Shown piece by piece: positions 12,788 to 26,213 of a DNA stretch of 64,000 bases. Made by a program: the position numbers and the translations under genes. Origin of the DNA: Dictyostelium discoideum (taxonomy: Eukaryota); contig CM000153.2 of assembly GCA_000004695.1 (NCBI GenBank), positions 960,001-1,024,000 of the forward strand, written 5' to 3'. A model generated the notes under the pieces. The model saw only the letters and a list, made by a program, of their open reading frames with translations. It was not told the DNA's origin and did no database searches. Positions within the stretch are counted from its first letter, which is position 1; every line of letters begins with the position of its first letter.

Positions 12788-13618
12788 ATTTAATGTAATG
12801 ATTAATTTTATTTATATAATTTTGATTATGATTATTAAACACTAAAAACAAAGAAAACAGTAGTGGAAAAATAATTTTAAAATTATAATAATAAAAAAAA
12901 AAAAATTAGAAAATAAAAAAAAAAAAAAAAATTTATATGTTAAGATGGATACAAGAATGTGAATTTTTTTTTTTTTTAATTATATTATTATTTTTTTTTT
13001 TTTTTTTTTTTTTTTTTATGAGTGTTCAAATTTATTATTATAAAAAAATAATAATTATATTTTTTTTATTAAAAAAAAATATGTATTAAATCATTTTGAT
13101 ATATATAACACCCAGCAAAAAACAACCAACCACCAACAAACACAAAATCGCCACTCTTGAAAAAAAAAAAAATTTTAAAAATAGATACACATATAAATAC
13201 ATTCAATAAAAAAAAAAAAAAAAAAAAAAACCAAAAATTTACAAATAAAAAAAAAACATATTAACACACACACACTTACTTAAAAAGGTATTTAATATTT
13301 TTTTCCTTTCAAACATTACAATACTGCGAGATTTAGGAAGATTAAAATTTCTTAAAAGTAATAATAATAATAATAAAAATAATAATGATAATAATTAAAA
13401 TGATAATAATTATAATAATAATAATATAATAATGCTCACAGTGGTAATTCAACATTGTTGGAAAAAAAAAAAAAAAAATTTAAAATTAGAAAACAGATTT
13501 AAAAGGGTCAAATCTATTTTTAAATGTTTATCAGTTATAAGAAAAGAAAATAAATATTCATTATTTTTAATTTTATTTATATATTTTTTTTTTTTTATTT
13601 ACAATGTTAAATTCTCTC

Positions 13619-13733
<115 letters not shown>

Positions 13734-13797
13734 TTTAATAATATTATTAATCATAAATTAAATATTATTATTTTTCTATTTTTTTTTTTTTTTTTTT

Positions 13798-14264
13798 TTA
13801 ATTAGTAGTTTTTAATTTCTTTTTTGGATCAGTTGGAACTTCAAAATCAGAAGAATCTTCAGATGATGCTCTTTGTTCTTCAATTTCTTGATCTTGATCT
13901 TTTTGAATTTGATCTTTTATGATTTTCTTTTGTCTTTGTAATTCTTCTCTTCTATCTTCTTCATAATCACTTTCTTCACTATCAGGTTCACTCTCTTCAC
14001 TTTCACTTTCTTTTGAAGATTTTCTTCTTCTTTTCTTTGGTGTAGTTTTTTTAGTTGGAGAAACAAATTTTAATTGTTGTTTTATTTTCTTACCACCTGA
14101 AGTTTTTCCAGAAGGTTCAAGATTTTGAATAGTTTGAAATTCAATAGTATTATTAATTTTATTAATTAAATCAATATGTTGGAAGTCATCACTAAATATT
14201 ATTCTTTTTTTAATACTGTTTTTTTTAAATAGAAAATAAAATAAAATAAAATTAGTAATTAATT

Positions 14265-14336
<72 letters not shown>

Positions 14337-15231
14337 CATACAATTCAATTGAAGATTTTTCAGAAAGTTTTGAACCTAAGAAATCCAAGATTTCTAATAA
14401 TTCTTCTAATTTTTCAGCTTGTGGATTCTTTAAAGCATAATTTAAAAAGTGTTCAATTACACCTCTGAGAGTATCAGGATGTTTAATAAAGTCAGTTACT
14501 AACCATTGACAAAGGGAACGGAATCTTGAAAACATATGATGTTGGAAATCGGCATTTGAAGCGACATCCTCTTTAAGGCAAGTTGATTGGAATGAATTGA
14601 TAAGATCAATGACAACTTCCATTTCAAATTTACCAGACTGAATTGGATATTTTCTAAAGAAATCTCTAATGATATCTACTGCTCTCTTTGAAGATGATAA
14701 TGCAATCTGTTTCAATAATGATCTAAACAATTGAGTTGATTGTGTTACAAATGAATATTTAATACAATTACAAATGGTAGTAACTAATTCTACTGCTCTT
14801 TCACCAAATTGTTGATCTGGTATAAAGTCATTCAATAATTGAAGATCATCTTCTTTGATTTTTTGTTGTTGTTGTTGATTTGTATCAGTTTCATGATCAG
14901 AAGTTTCCTTTTCAGAGTGTGATGTTACCTCTTCTTCAGAAGTTGCACCAGCACCAGTTGATTTTTTACTACCACCACTCTTTCTCTTTGATTTATTAAT
15001 TCCTGCCAACTTCTTTTTCTCTAAACTAATTTGTTGATTCTTTATAAATTCTACCTTTAAATATGTCAATGAATATTCATTTTCTTGTGAAAATAATGAT
15101 GAAATATTTTTAAGTAATAAATTTTCTGATGGTAAACTAATATCATATACTGTCATATTTGTTAAATTTAAAACTGGTGAAAATAATGAACGTGTTTCAA
15201 TAAAAGTTGTAAACATCTATATAAAAATATA

Positions 15232-15262
<31 letters not shown>

Positions 15263-18136
15263 TATTAGTAAATTTTTTTTTTTATTTTCCTTTTTAATAA
15301 TGATAATAATAAAAACTTACAAAATGTCTTAATCTATGAGTAATTTCATCATTTTTTAAAGTTGAAATAACTCTTGAAGATAAAAGATAAAACATTTGAA
15401 GAATATTAACATTCATTGGATCGATTTGATAGAATTTTGAAGGAATTGCAGAAAATAATGACCACATTAATAATTGAGAGTATATACTTGTTGAATGAAT
15501 GATAATTGTATCTGAATCATCAATGGTTTGAATTGGAATACCATTAACACTACCATCTGTAAATTTAAAAATCATACTTGCAAACTTTTCATCTGAAAAA
15601 TTAAACTGTTTACATAAACTTTCCAATTTATATAATGTACTAATTACTGGGAAAACTTGACTTTCTTCTTCATTATTATTATTATTATTATTATTATTGC
15701 TGTTGTTTGTTGTATCTGATTGTGATGATGAAGAATGTTGTTGTTGTTGTTGATCTTGACTATTTGCTATTGAATCTTGAGATTGTTGTGATGATTGTTG
15801 TTGTTGTTGTTGTTGTGGTGGTTGTTGAGTAATTTTTGTTAAACGAAGTGTATCAATTAATTCAGTGAATAAATTATGAAGTGCAGCTTTTGATGCAGTT
15901 TCTAATTGTGATGGAGTTTTACCATTATTTAATAAATTTTCCAATGTGACTGATATGGTATCGATAAGTTGGGTTTTTGGTTGAGAAGTGAATATATCGC
16001 TAATTGCCTCCAATAATGCTGTATATTTTGATTGTAATCTAAGGGTTACATAGCAATCTAAAACAAAGTAACGAGCAATTTCAATTAAACTTTGACAAAC
16101 AATTGTATTTGCACGATATAATACAAGTAACTCTGGTAAGATAATAATAAATTGTCCTGTAATTTCACGACACATACTCTCATTAATTGAATCTGATTTT
16201 TCATCATCTTCATCTTGATTTTGTTCATTAGTTTCATCATCATCATCATCGTTATCTTCATCCTCTTCATTTTGTTGCTTAGATTTTGATTGTGATTTTT
16301 GTTTTTGTTTAGGAGCAGCAGTAGTAGCAGATTTTCTACCTCTTCTTTTTGTGACTGGAGCTTGTTGAGTTGTTGTAACCTCCATTTCACCATCTGTATT
16401 AATTGTCATTGGAGCTGCTGTTGTTGTTGAAATTGTTGCTGAAGAATGTTCAGCACGGTATTGAGCTAAATGATGTAATTGAGGTGGAGTGAATATATTT
16501 ACTTTATCATTAACAGCGATTCTAATGGAAGCACTTAAAAATTTACAAATCATACCCATTTGCTTATCATTGATATTTTTACTTTCAATAGATTCTAAAT
16601 AATCCACCCAAAATGGCCAATCAATAAAGAATGATTTACCATTGGTTGACCAAAGTGATTGAACCAAATAATAAGGTTCATCAGGTATAACTGTTTTATC
16701 TAAAAATTCCAATAGTGCATTCAATTGAGTTTCACGATGATGATAAATTTGTGAGCTAATTTGTTGTTGTTGTTGTTCATCTAAATCTGCAGATGTGAGA
16801 TTAGTAGTTTTTGATTTCTTTCTAGCATGCTGACCTGACGTGGTGGAAGCGGCTGAAGTTGAATTTATAATATTTGACAAAGTTGTATCGATTTTAGTTT
16901 GAGTGGATAAAAGATACTTTGAAAATATTAAACCACCAGCTGCTTTGGATATCTCTGGTTGATCAACTAGATAGAGTGTACATATCTTTTGAACATCCGA
17001 TTCATCCAATAGATCCAAAGTAGACATTATACTAACCAAACGAATTGCCTCAACAGCAATGGATGGAGTTTTATCAGAGAATGCAATCTCCACAATTCTA
17101 TGTTTAAAACATTGAGTGAACGGATCCAATTGATTGATGTAATTCTCGTTGGAATATAAAATACAAAGACCACTAATTGCCGCTTGACGAGGCTCATTCG
17201 AATGGTCACCCAATAGCCAGCCAATGAATTTCAAATTTTGATGATTCAACAATTGAATTGGGTATTCCAATATCCAATTGCAATAGGGTATAACGCAAAG
17301 GGCCCTCATCTCTGGCAGACTGTCTTTGAAACGTGATGAAAACACCCCAGTGAACAATCTCACGATCAATATGGATTCCATCGATTTCAATCTATTAGAT
17401 GTCTGTAATTGATTATCCTTGAGTTGTTTCTGACGTGAGCTATTCTTTGTCTCACCCGCCAATTGTCTAGTGGTAACATTTAAATCCTTTCTCAAATCAT
17501 TGCAAATCGATATCAACGATGACGTAATTTGAATGGCAGCCTGAGTTGCAACATGACGAATACCACGCTTTGCTGCGAACGACAACTCATGCAACCATAG
17601 GGCAACCATGTCCAATAGGTAGTTGTCAAATATTATGGACTTTTTGCATTTCTCTACTAACTCACTCCAAAATTGATTGAAATTCTCTATCAATATCTTT
17701 GATCTCTTATTACCCAATGGATAATGTTGTGAATCACTTTGTTCAACAATTGATGTTGCAGCAACTCCAATATCTAAATCTTTAAAATCTTTAAATGTTA
17801 TATTTGTATCTGCACCACCACATTCAAATAAAAATACTAATAATTCCCAAACTGCTTTTTCTGGATCTTGATCTGTATATCTATCAATCCAATCATCTAA
17901 AACTCTTTGTAAATTACATTTCTTTTTTATTGATTCTATAAAGAAAAATAATAATTATAAAATTAATTAATTAATGAATGAATAATCTTTTTTTTTTTTT
18001 TTTAAAAAAAAAAAAAATACTAACCAAATAAATCTGACTGTTTTTTCTTTCCTTTTGAAACTGGTTTTTTCTTTATTATTGGTGTTGTATTTTCTTCTGT
18101 ATTTTCTGAATTCCTTGATTTTGACGATTTTGCCAT
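13798..18136 (-). CDS. Cohesin subunit SA/Scc3 (STAG, stromalin) homolog, 4 exons (~18136-18023, ~17936-15321, ~15216-14352, ~14216-13798)
   Basis: A stromalin conserved domain is recognisable: 'SRFKDSLPEMRALCVIPYCNWILEYP...KFIGWLLGDHSNEPRQAAISGLCILYSNE...FKHRIVEIAFSDKTPSIAVEAIRLVSIM' (compare STAG 'FRDVIPEIRAICIEE...[26 protein letters not shown]...[24 protein letters not shown]'). Exon 1 encodes 'MAKSSKSRNSENTEENTTPIIKKKPVSKGKKKQSDLF'. Frame-preserving introns have GTAAGT and GTATGT donors. The third intron contains a ~75 nt poly-T tract. The C-terminus is acidic and S-rich. Confidence 0.7.
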
Positions 18137-18426
18137 TTTTTATATATATATAATTTTATATTTTTTATTATTTAAAATAAAAATAAAATTTATGAAAAAA
18201 AAATAAAAAAATAAAAAATATTGTTTGTTAATTTTTTTTAAAAAAAAAAAAAAAAAAATTTAAAAAAAAGGCGCAAAAAAAAAAAAAAAAAATTCTTGTA
18301 AAAAATAAAATTAGACGCAAAAAAAAAAAAATATTCTGGGTTTCATTTCCATTAAAAAACAATAAAAAATAAAGAAATAAATAAATAAATAAAATACCGC
18401 AAAAAAAAAAAAAAACTTAATTCCTT

Positions 18427-18466
<40 letters not shown>

Positions 18467-18467
18467 T

Positions 18468-18910
18468 TTATTTCCATCTAAAAACTAATTTCTTTTCTCT
18501 TTTTAAAGAATCGATATTTTCTGATAAAATTTCATAAATATCATCTTCATCTTCTTCATCATCTTCATTATTTTCTTGTTCATTTTTAGATAATTCTTTT
18601 TCTTCTTGTTGTTTTTGTTTTTCTTGTTCATTAGCTAATTGAATCTCATCTTTTTCTTCATTACCTGTTAATTCTAATAATTTTAAAGAGGTAGAATCAC
18701 AATTTTCAAGTAAAAGCTTTGAGATTTCAAAAATGTCTAAAAATTTCATACCAACATTATTTAATGATAAACATTTCAATTGAGTGATTTTATTTGATTT
18801 TATCCAATCGACAATGATTTCTTTAGTTTCACGACCAAATATATTAAAACTAACATCTAAATATTCAATAAAATGTAATGGTTTACTACTATTATTATTA
18901 TTACTATTAC

Positions 18911-18949
<39 letters not shown>

Positions 18950-20033
18950 CAATAACTACTAAACTTTTTAAAGCAATTAATGATTCTATACTAAGTTTAT
19001 TATATGCAACATCCAATAGATTTAAATTTGATAAAATTCCCATAGAAATTGCATTCATAATTGATTTTACACCTTGATCACCAATAAAACAACCACGTAA
19101 TGATAAATGTTTAATATTATTTGAATATGATGACGATGATGATAATGATAAATTTAACCAAGAACTTGTTAAAGATGACCCCATTAATGAATTACCAGTT
19201 GCAGTGAATGAAGTACCTCTCCAATTTAATAATGATTCACCAAATGTTTTACATGATTTTTCATTTAATTCACAATCATTCAATTCAATCTCTTTTAAAC
19301 TATTTGATTCCAATAATAATTTTGAAAGATGTTTACCAACAGAATCAGTGTCACTATCTTGATCACTCTCTTTCAATGGATTTGCACTTAATACTAACTT
19401 TTTCAATTTCTTTCCATTATCAACTATAGATTGTATGAATGAATCTGTGAATTTTGTAATTTGATTACCACCAATATTTAAAAATTCTATATTTTCATTT
19501 GATTTAATTATACCCTCTAAATATAATAACGATTCTGAATCTAATTGATTCTCTCCAAAATTTAAATAACTAATTTGATTTTCACTTTTATTATCATTAT
19601 CATTATCATTATTATCATTTTTAAATATATCATTAATAATTGATAAACTTTTACTATTTATTGATTGTTTTGAAAAGTCAATATTTCTTAAAGTTTTTGA
19701 TTTTAGTACATTGGTTAAGAGTGATTGTAATCCAATTAAATTTAAACCAATTTCTGAATTACCAATTGAAATAGTTTTCAAATTTGGATGATTTCTAATA
19801 CTTTTACCAATTTCAATTAATCCTTGTTCTCCTAATTCATGTCCATGCATATATAATTCTGTTAATGAAGTATTCATTGATAATCCTTGTGAGAATTCCA
19901 TAACATTATTTTCACTGATTGGAATAAATGTTGGTATTAAAAATAATGATTCTGTACTATTCTCTTTTAATTGTTTAATTGTATTATTAAATAATGATGA
20001 TCCATTATTACTATTAACTTGTCCCCAAACCAT
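18468..20033 (-). CDS. Leucine-rich repeat protein of the ribonuclease-inhibitor (RNI)-like type, with an acidic/K-rich coiled C-terminus. Single exon.
   Basis: 521 aa ORF with ATG start. Repeated 'L..L.L..N.IG..G' units (for example 'LTELYMHGHELGEQGLIEIGKSIRNHPNLKTISIGNSEIG', 'LKKLVLSANPLKE', 'LNLLDVAYNKLSIESLIALKSL'). The tail is 'EQEKQKQQEEKELSKNEQENNEDDEEDEDD'. Confidence 0.6.
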
Positions 20034-20286
20034 GATTTTTTTTTTTTTAGATTATATTATATTATGATTTATTTCTTTTTGTGTGTTTGTGGGTGTGAAG
20101 GGTGAAAAAAAAAAAAAAAAAAAAATTTTAAAAAAACTAAAAATAAAAAATAAAAAATAAAAAAAAAAAATAAAATAAAAAAAAAAAAAAATCGAAAAAA
20201 AAAAAAAAAATAAAAAAAAAGGAAAAAAAAAAAAAAAAAAAACGATTATCTCATTTTGACCCAATTACAAATAAACAAATAAAAAA

Positions 20287-21275
20287 ATGAAAATTAAAAG
20301 ACAAAAATTATATAAAAAAACAATTCAATTTTATAAAGCAAATTATTCATATAAAGAGCCTTTCTCTGTTTTAAGTAAGAATTTATTTATTTTTTTATTA
20401 TTATTTAATTTATTATGAAAACCATATATACTAATAATTATATTTACCTTTACAGTGGACCCAGGTTTCATTAAAAAATGTCTAAATATGAATATTTTCT
20501 TTAAAGAAGCGTTACCAAAAATATTAGAATCAAAAGTTAGTTTTTGTATGTATTTTTATTTTTAATAATGCCAAGAAGGGGTTTCCAAAGTTGGCTAAAA
20601 AAAAAAAAAAAAAAAAAAATTTACCAAAAAAAAAAAAAAAAAAAAAAATTTAAAAAAAAAAAAAATTAAAAATTCAATACACATATTTTTATATATATAT
20701 AAATATATATAAATTATGTATATAATATATAGTTATAACACCATGTTGTATTGCAGAAATGAAAAGAAAACCAAGAGAATATTCAAATGATTTAATATCA
20801 ACATGTAAAAGAATTGAATATTTTCAATGTGACCATAAACATTCAGCAGATGAACAAAATATGGTTCAAAAATGTTTTGAAGATATTAGTATTAAACAAT
20901 CAAATACATTCTTTTTCGCAGTTCAAGATCATGATCATAGATTATTATTAAGAAAGAATCCTGGTATTCCAATTTTATTCGTTTTAACCAATTTAATCAT
21001 TTTAGAGAAACCTACAACTTCTTCATATCAAACAATGATTAAAACTCATAAAGCAATCACTCAAATTAATCCAAGAGAAAAACAAATGTTATTAAAATTA
21101 AAACATGGTGATAATTATAATCCTGAAATTCATAATACAAAATCTAAACAACAACCATCATCATCACAAAAACAAACTACCACTACCACCACCACATCCT
21201 CAAAACAAATACCAACTAAACAAACCAAATCTACAACTACACCAAAACAAAAACAACAACAAATACCACAAACAG

Positions 21276-21317
<42 letters not shown>

Positions 21318-21874
21318 CTACTTCTACAGCAACATCAAGTATTGAACCAAAGGAAGAGGAATCTAAGAAAATTGAACAACCAAAAGAAAAAAATAATAAA
21401 AAAGATAAAGAAGAAATCAAAAGTGAAGAAAAGATTGTTGAAAAACCAAATTTAAAGAGAAAATTAGATAGTTTCGATAATGATAAACCAATTTCTGCAA
21501 ATGTAGAAGCAACAACAGCAACACCAGTTACAACAACAACAACACCAGTTACAACAACAAATGAAAATGGTAATAGTGATAATAGCAAGAATACAAAACA
21601 AACAAAAAAATCAAAGAAAGATGAGAAATTAACACCAGAGGAGATTGCATTAAAAAAAGAAAGACTAGAATTAACTGCAGAGGAAAAAGCTAAAAAGAAA
21701 CAAAAATGGGTTGAAGAGAGAAAGAAATTGAGGGAAAAGAAATTAAAGAAAAAAGAAGCAATTAAAAAAGCAATGGAAATTAGGAAAAAGAGAATTGAAA
21801 GTGGTGATACTCATAAAAGAACCAGAAGAAAGAGAAGTAAAACTCTTAAAGTAAAAAAAACTCAAGAAAAATAA
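20287..21874 (+). CDS. utp23: rRNA-processing protein UTP23 (PIN-domain, Fcf1-like) homolog with an extended Thr-rich/K-rich C-terminal tail. At least 3 exons (20287-20374, 20456-20535, ~207xx-21874).
   Basis: Exon 1 'MKIKRQKLYKKTIQFYKANYSYKEPFSVL' followed by exon 2 'MDPGFIKKCLNMNIFFKEALPKILESK' aligns with human UTP23 'MKITRQKHAKKHLGFFRNNFGVREPYQILLDGTFCQAALRGRIQLREQLPRYLMGE'. The large ORF carries 'FFFAVQDHDHRLLLRKNPGIPILFVLTNLIILEKP' (compare 'HYFVATQDQNLSVKVKKKPGVPLMFIIQNTMVLDKP'). The exact acceptor of intron 2 (near 20755) is not resolved. Confidence 0.7.
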
Positions 21875-22028
21875 AAATAACAACATTAATAACAATCAAG
21901 CAATTCTAAAAATAAATAATTTATTTAGTATAAAAATCATAATTTTCTAAAAAAAGAAAAAAAAAAAATTTATTTTAATTTTATTTTTTTTTTTTTTTAA
22001 TTTTTATTTTTATTTTTTTTTTTTATTT

Positions 22029-22070
<42 letters not shown>

Positions 22071-22204
22071 AAAAAAAAAAAAAAACCAACTCTAAAAAGT
22101 TTTTGTGGTATTTTCATAAACAAAAAAAAAAAAAAAAGTATATATACACATATTAATAATAAATATCAAATTACAAAAACAATTATTAAGTAATTATTAT
22201 TATT

Positions 22205-24735
22205 ATGACAACAAATGATTTGGATGTTGATGCGTTATTAGAAGAGTCTATTAATAGAGTATTTATTAATTAAAAATAAAATTAAAAATAAAAATATATA
22301 CATATAAATATAAACATAAATATAAATATATTAATATAAATATAAATATAAATATAAGTATAAGTATAAATAAAAATATTAATATAAATTTTCTTTTTTT
22401 TTAAATTTTTTTTTATTTTTTTTTATTTAAAATAGGAAATGTCAAATAGAGATAGAGAAATAAATGAAAAGAAAAGAAGTGAACCAGATGATTCTCAAGA
22501 TTTAGATTTACTACGCTCAAATGATGAGAAAAGAAGGAGAAGTAGTAGTGAAAGAGATTATAGAGATAGTAGAGATTATAGAGATAGTAGAGACTATAGA
22601 GATAGTAGGGATTATAGAGACAGTAGGGATTATAGAGACAGAGATAGAGATAGAGATTATGGTGGTGGTGGTAGTGGAAGAGATAGAGACCGTGATAGAT
22701 ATGATAGATATGATAGAGACCGTGATAGATATGATAGAGATTATGGTGGTGGTGGTAGAAGTAGTGATAGATACGATAGAGAATATGGTGGTGGTAGTGG
22801 TAGAAGAGATAGTGGTAGGGATTATAGGGACAATAGAGATAGTAGTAGCAGAGACAGTAGAGACAGTAGAGATAGCAGAGATCGTAGTGATAGGGATCGT
22901 AGATATAGTTCAGAGAGTAGTAGTAGTAGGGATAGACACAGTGAAAGCAATGGAAATATCAATGGTAGCAGTGGTGGTTCCAATAGGGACAGCAAAGAAA
23001 AGCAAAAAGATTTACAAAATTCACCAACTACTTCAACCTCTTCTACTTCTTCAAGTAATACTACAACAAACAAAGAATCATCATCATCATCGATTTCGAC
23101 ATCTACACCACCAACATCATCATCGACAACATCATCATCATCAACATTACCAGAACCAGATGAAGAAAGTGATCAAAGAACAGTTTTTGTATCGAAATTA
23201 TCACAAAATATTGTTGAAAAGGATTTAAGTGATTTATTTTCACAAGCAGGTACAGTATTGAATGTAAGATTGATAACGGATAAAGTTACCAAGAGAATGA
23301 AGGGTGTTGGATATGTTGAATTCTCACAAAAGGAAATGGTAGATAAAGCCATAGCTCTTAGTGGTAGTGTATTGGATGGTCAACAGATTTTGGTTCACTC
23401 AATTCAACCAGAGAAAAAGGTTATAAAGAGTAATAGTACAGGTAGTTCTGGTGGTGAGAGTAGAATTTACGTGGGTTACATTCATCTCAGTGTTGCAGAG
23501 GAACAAATCAGAGTGATCTTTCAACCCTATGGTGATATTGATTTCATTAATATTCACACCAAACCTGGTATTTCAAAATATGCATTTATCCAATTCAAAA
23601 CTCAAGAGTCTGCAAAGAGAGCCATCACCGAATTGAATGGTTATGAACTTATGGGAAAGAATTTAAAATTAAATATGGTTAGTCAAGAAAAGAACTCTAA
23701 TGGCACTTATATTCAAATTCCACAAATTAATAATATCATTCATCATAATTATGCACCAAATCAACTTTATAATGCACAAGCCGCTGCTCATATTCATCAA
23801 CAACAGCAACAACAACAACAACACTATAGTTCATTCATACAACAACAACAACAACAACAACAAATGATGATGATGCAACAACAACAACATCACCATCATC
23901 ATCATCAGCAGCAACAACAACAATTTAATTCACAACTTCAACAACAACATCAATTCCAAGCACAAATTCAAGCACATTTACAAGGTACAAACCCTAATAA
24001 CAATAGTAATCAACATACTTTTAAGGAAAATAATGCTTTATCTTCTTTAGATGAAGATGACGGTGGTATACCTTTAACGGCACATGGTAGAGCCTTGTTA
24101 ACTGCAAAATTACAAGGAAAAACTCTTACACCTCCTTCTAATAATTTAAATAATAATATTAATAATAATAATAATAATATTAATAATTTAAATAATAGTA
24201 CTCATACAGTTATTAATCCAAGTTTAGCTTCAACTGGTATCATTACTCCTTATACTCAACTTCCACATTTCGCTTTTGTTTCAACTTGTTTAATTTTAAG
24301 AAATATGTTCGACCCTGAAACGTATGTAGTATTCATTTATTTTATTTTGACAATAATAATAATATCCCTTATTAATTTTTTTTTTTTTTTTTTAAATATT
24401 TTATAGTGAAACTGAAGAAAATTGGGACCAAGATATTCTATCAGAAACTCATGCAGAATGCTCAACTTTCGGTAAAATAATGCACATTTATTTAGATAAA
24501 AATACAAAGGTAACTAGTTTTATGATTGGTAAATAATTAAAAAAAAAAAAAAAAAAATACTAATTTAAAAAATTTTTACTTAAATAATTTTTAGGGATGT
24601 ATTTATATTAGATATGATAATAATGAGTCACCATTGAAGGCAATTCAAAAACTTCATGGTAGATGGTTTTCAAAAAAACAAATTATTGCTGAACTCGTTC
24701 CAGAGCCAGTATATAAATTACAATTCCCATTTTAA
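22205..24735 (+). CDS. RNA-binding protein 39 (RBM39/CAPER-alpha/HCC1) homolog. Domain order: RD/RDY/RS-like N-terminal repeats, RRM1, RRM2, Q-rich linker, C-terminal UHM. 4 exons (22205-22258, 22436-24321, 24407-24509, 24595-24735).
   Basis: Exon 1 'MTTNDLDVDALLEESINR' matches human RBM39 'MADDIDIEAMLEAPY'. RRM1 is 'RTVFVSKLSQNIVEKDLSDLFSQAGTVLNVRLITDKVTKRMKGVGYVEFS'. RRM2 is 'RIYVGYIHLSVAEEQIRVIFQPYGDIDFINIHT...YAFIQFKTQESAKRAITELNGYEL'. The UHM, across two small exons, is 'MFDPETETEENWDQDILSETHAECSTFGKIMHIYLDKNTKGCIYIRYDNNESPLKAIQKLHGRWFSKKQIIAELVPEPVY' (compare 'MFNPQTEEEVGWDTEIKDDVIEECNKHGGVIHIYVDKNSAQGNVYVKC...LHGRWFAGKMITAAYVP'). Intron 1 contains a (TATAAA)n hexamer repeat. Confidence 0.8.
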
Positions 24736-25330
24736 TTTTATATAATAATAATTAAAATAATAGGTAGTTTTATTAGGTGATTTTAACAATTATGTATTTC
24801 AAGTTATTATATAGAACTATTTATTTTGTCCAAACTCAATTTTCCTAAAAAAAAAAAAAAAAAAAAAAAAAACAAAAAAAAACTAAAAACAAAAAAAAAA
24901 AAAAAAACTAAAACCAAAACAAGTATACCAATTGATTAAATATATTTTTATCATCTTAAAAATATTTCTTTTTTAACCTTTTAAATCTTTTTTTTTTTTT
25001 ATTGAAATCCTAATTAAAAAATACCAAATAAAAAAAAAATAAAAAATAAAAAGCATTACTAAATTACTAAATAGGTTATATCAAATTCAAAAATTTTACC
25101 CTTTTTTTTCTTTATTATTATTATTATTTTTAAATTTATATAGGATTTTAAACTAATATATATATAATAAACAAAATTTTAAAAGTTGTAATAATTAATT
25201 TTAGATGGTTTGGTGATTAATAAAATATTTACATTTTTTAAATTTATTTTTTATTTTAAAATGTTATAGGATTCTTTTCCCAAAAAAAAAAAAAAAAAAA
25301 AAAGTTTCTCTGTTTAACAAATCATTTTTA

Positions 25331-25332
<2 letters not shown>

Positions 25333-25400
<68 letters not shown>
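25333..25400. repeat. (TTA)n microsatellite ~22 units, followed at 25556-25640 by a ~10 bp minisatellite (TTTAATTTTA-like, ~8 units)
   Basis: Direct reading of 'tattattatt...' and 'taattttatttaattttatttaattttattt...'. Confidence 0.9.
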
Positions 25401-25401
<1 letters not shown>

Positions 25402-25670
25402 AAATAAAAATAATATAAAAAATAAATAATTATTTTTTCCTTTTAAAATTATAATTTCATTTTAAAATCAATAACTTAAAAGAGTAATAATTATAAAAAT
25501 TAATTTAAATATGGTAATTATATTACAATAAAGTTAATATGTTTAGAAACCAATTATATTTAATTATATTTAATTTTATTTAATTTTATTTAATTTTATT
25601 TAATTTTAACTTTATTTAACTTTATTTAATTTTAAAGGATTTTTTTTTCTTTTTATTTAAGCAGGAAATA

Positions 25671-26213
25671 TTATTTAAATTTTGCCATTTTACAATAATA
25701 TTCATCAGAATCACCAAGAATAGACCAGTTTTTTAAGTATTTTGAATTACCGTAATAGATTTCAAAGTAGTATCTAACAAGGTTAATTGATTCTCTTGAA
25801 AATTTGATAATATTCTCTTCAAAATATGGGTTTTCCAAACCATTTGAATGAAATAAAAAAGTTTGCTGTAAATTATTACCATGGTTGTGGTTGTGCTGTG
25901 GAATTAAACTATCATAGAGACCATATTTTGATTTGGCAATAAAGGTAATTTTATGAAGTTTTAAATCTCTATAATTGTACTTCATTTCAACAAATTGATC
26001 ACGAATACAAACTGCATAAAAAGAGGCCAATTCTTCAAAAGTGTGTTCTTCTCCATCATGAATATTACACCACATTTCAACATTATCTCTATTATTCTCT
26101 CTTTTTAATTCCTTCCAATTAAAACTATTAAAATAAAGGCTTGTTTCTTCTCCTACTTCTCCTACTTCCCCCACTTCTACTCCTCCATCTAAATTATCTA
26201 TTGTAGTTGACAT
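25671..26213 (-). CDS. Hypothetical protein (180 aa), no family recognised
   Basis: Single ORF with ATG start ('MSTTIDNLDGGVEVGEVGEVGEETS...'). Composition is not low-complexity and it is flanked by AT-rich intergenic DNA. No motif recognised. Confidence 0.35.
   Translation of the reverse strand: MSTTIDNLDGGVEVGEVGEVGEETSLYFNSFNWKELKRENNRDNVEMWCNIHDGEEHTFEELASFYAVCIRDQFVEMKYNYRDLKLHKITFIAKSKYGLYDSLIPQHNHNHGNNLQQTFLFHSNGLENPYFEENIIKFSRESINLVRYYFEIYYGNSKYLKNWSILGDSDEYYCKMAKFK

Noticed and set aside
21105-21588. 116 aa (+) and 152 aa (-) ORFs inside UTP23
   Set aside because: Frame-shifted or antisense readings of the ACAACA/ACCACC Thr-codon repeat.
22521-23228. 235 aa (+) ORF 'MMRKEGEVVVKEIIEIVEIIEI...' and 83 aa (-) ORF 22822-23073
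   Set aside because: These are alternative frames or antisense of the RD/RDY nucleotide repeats of the RBM39 gene. The repetitive EIEI/LSL translation is a frame artefact.
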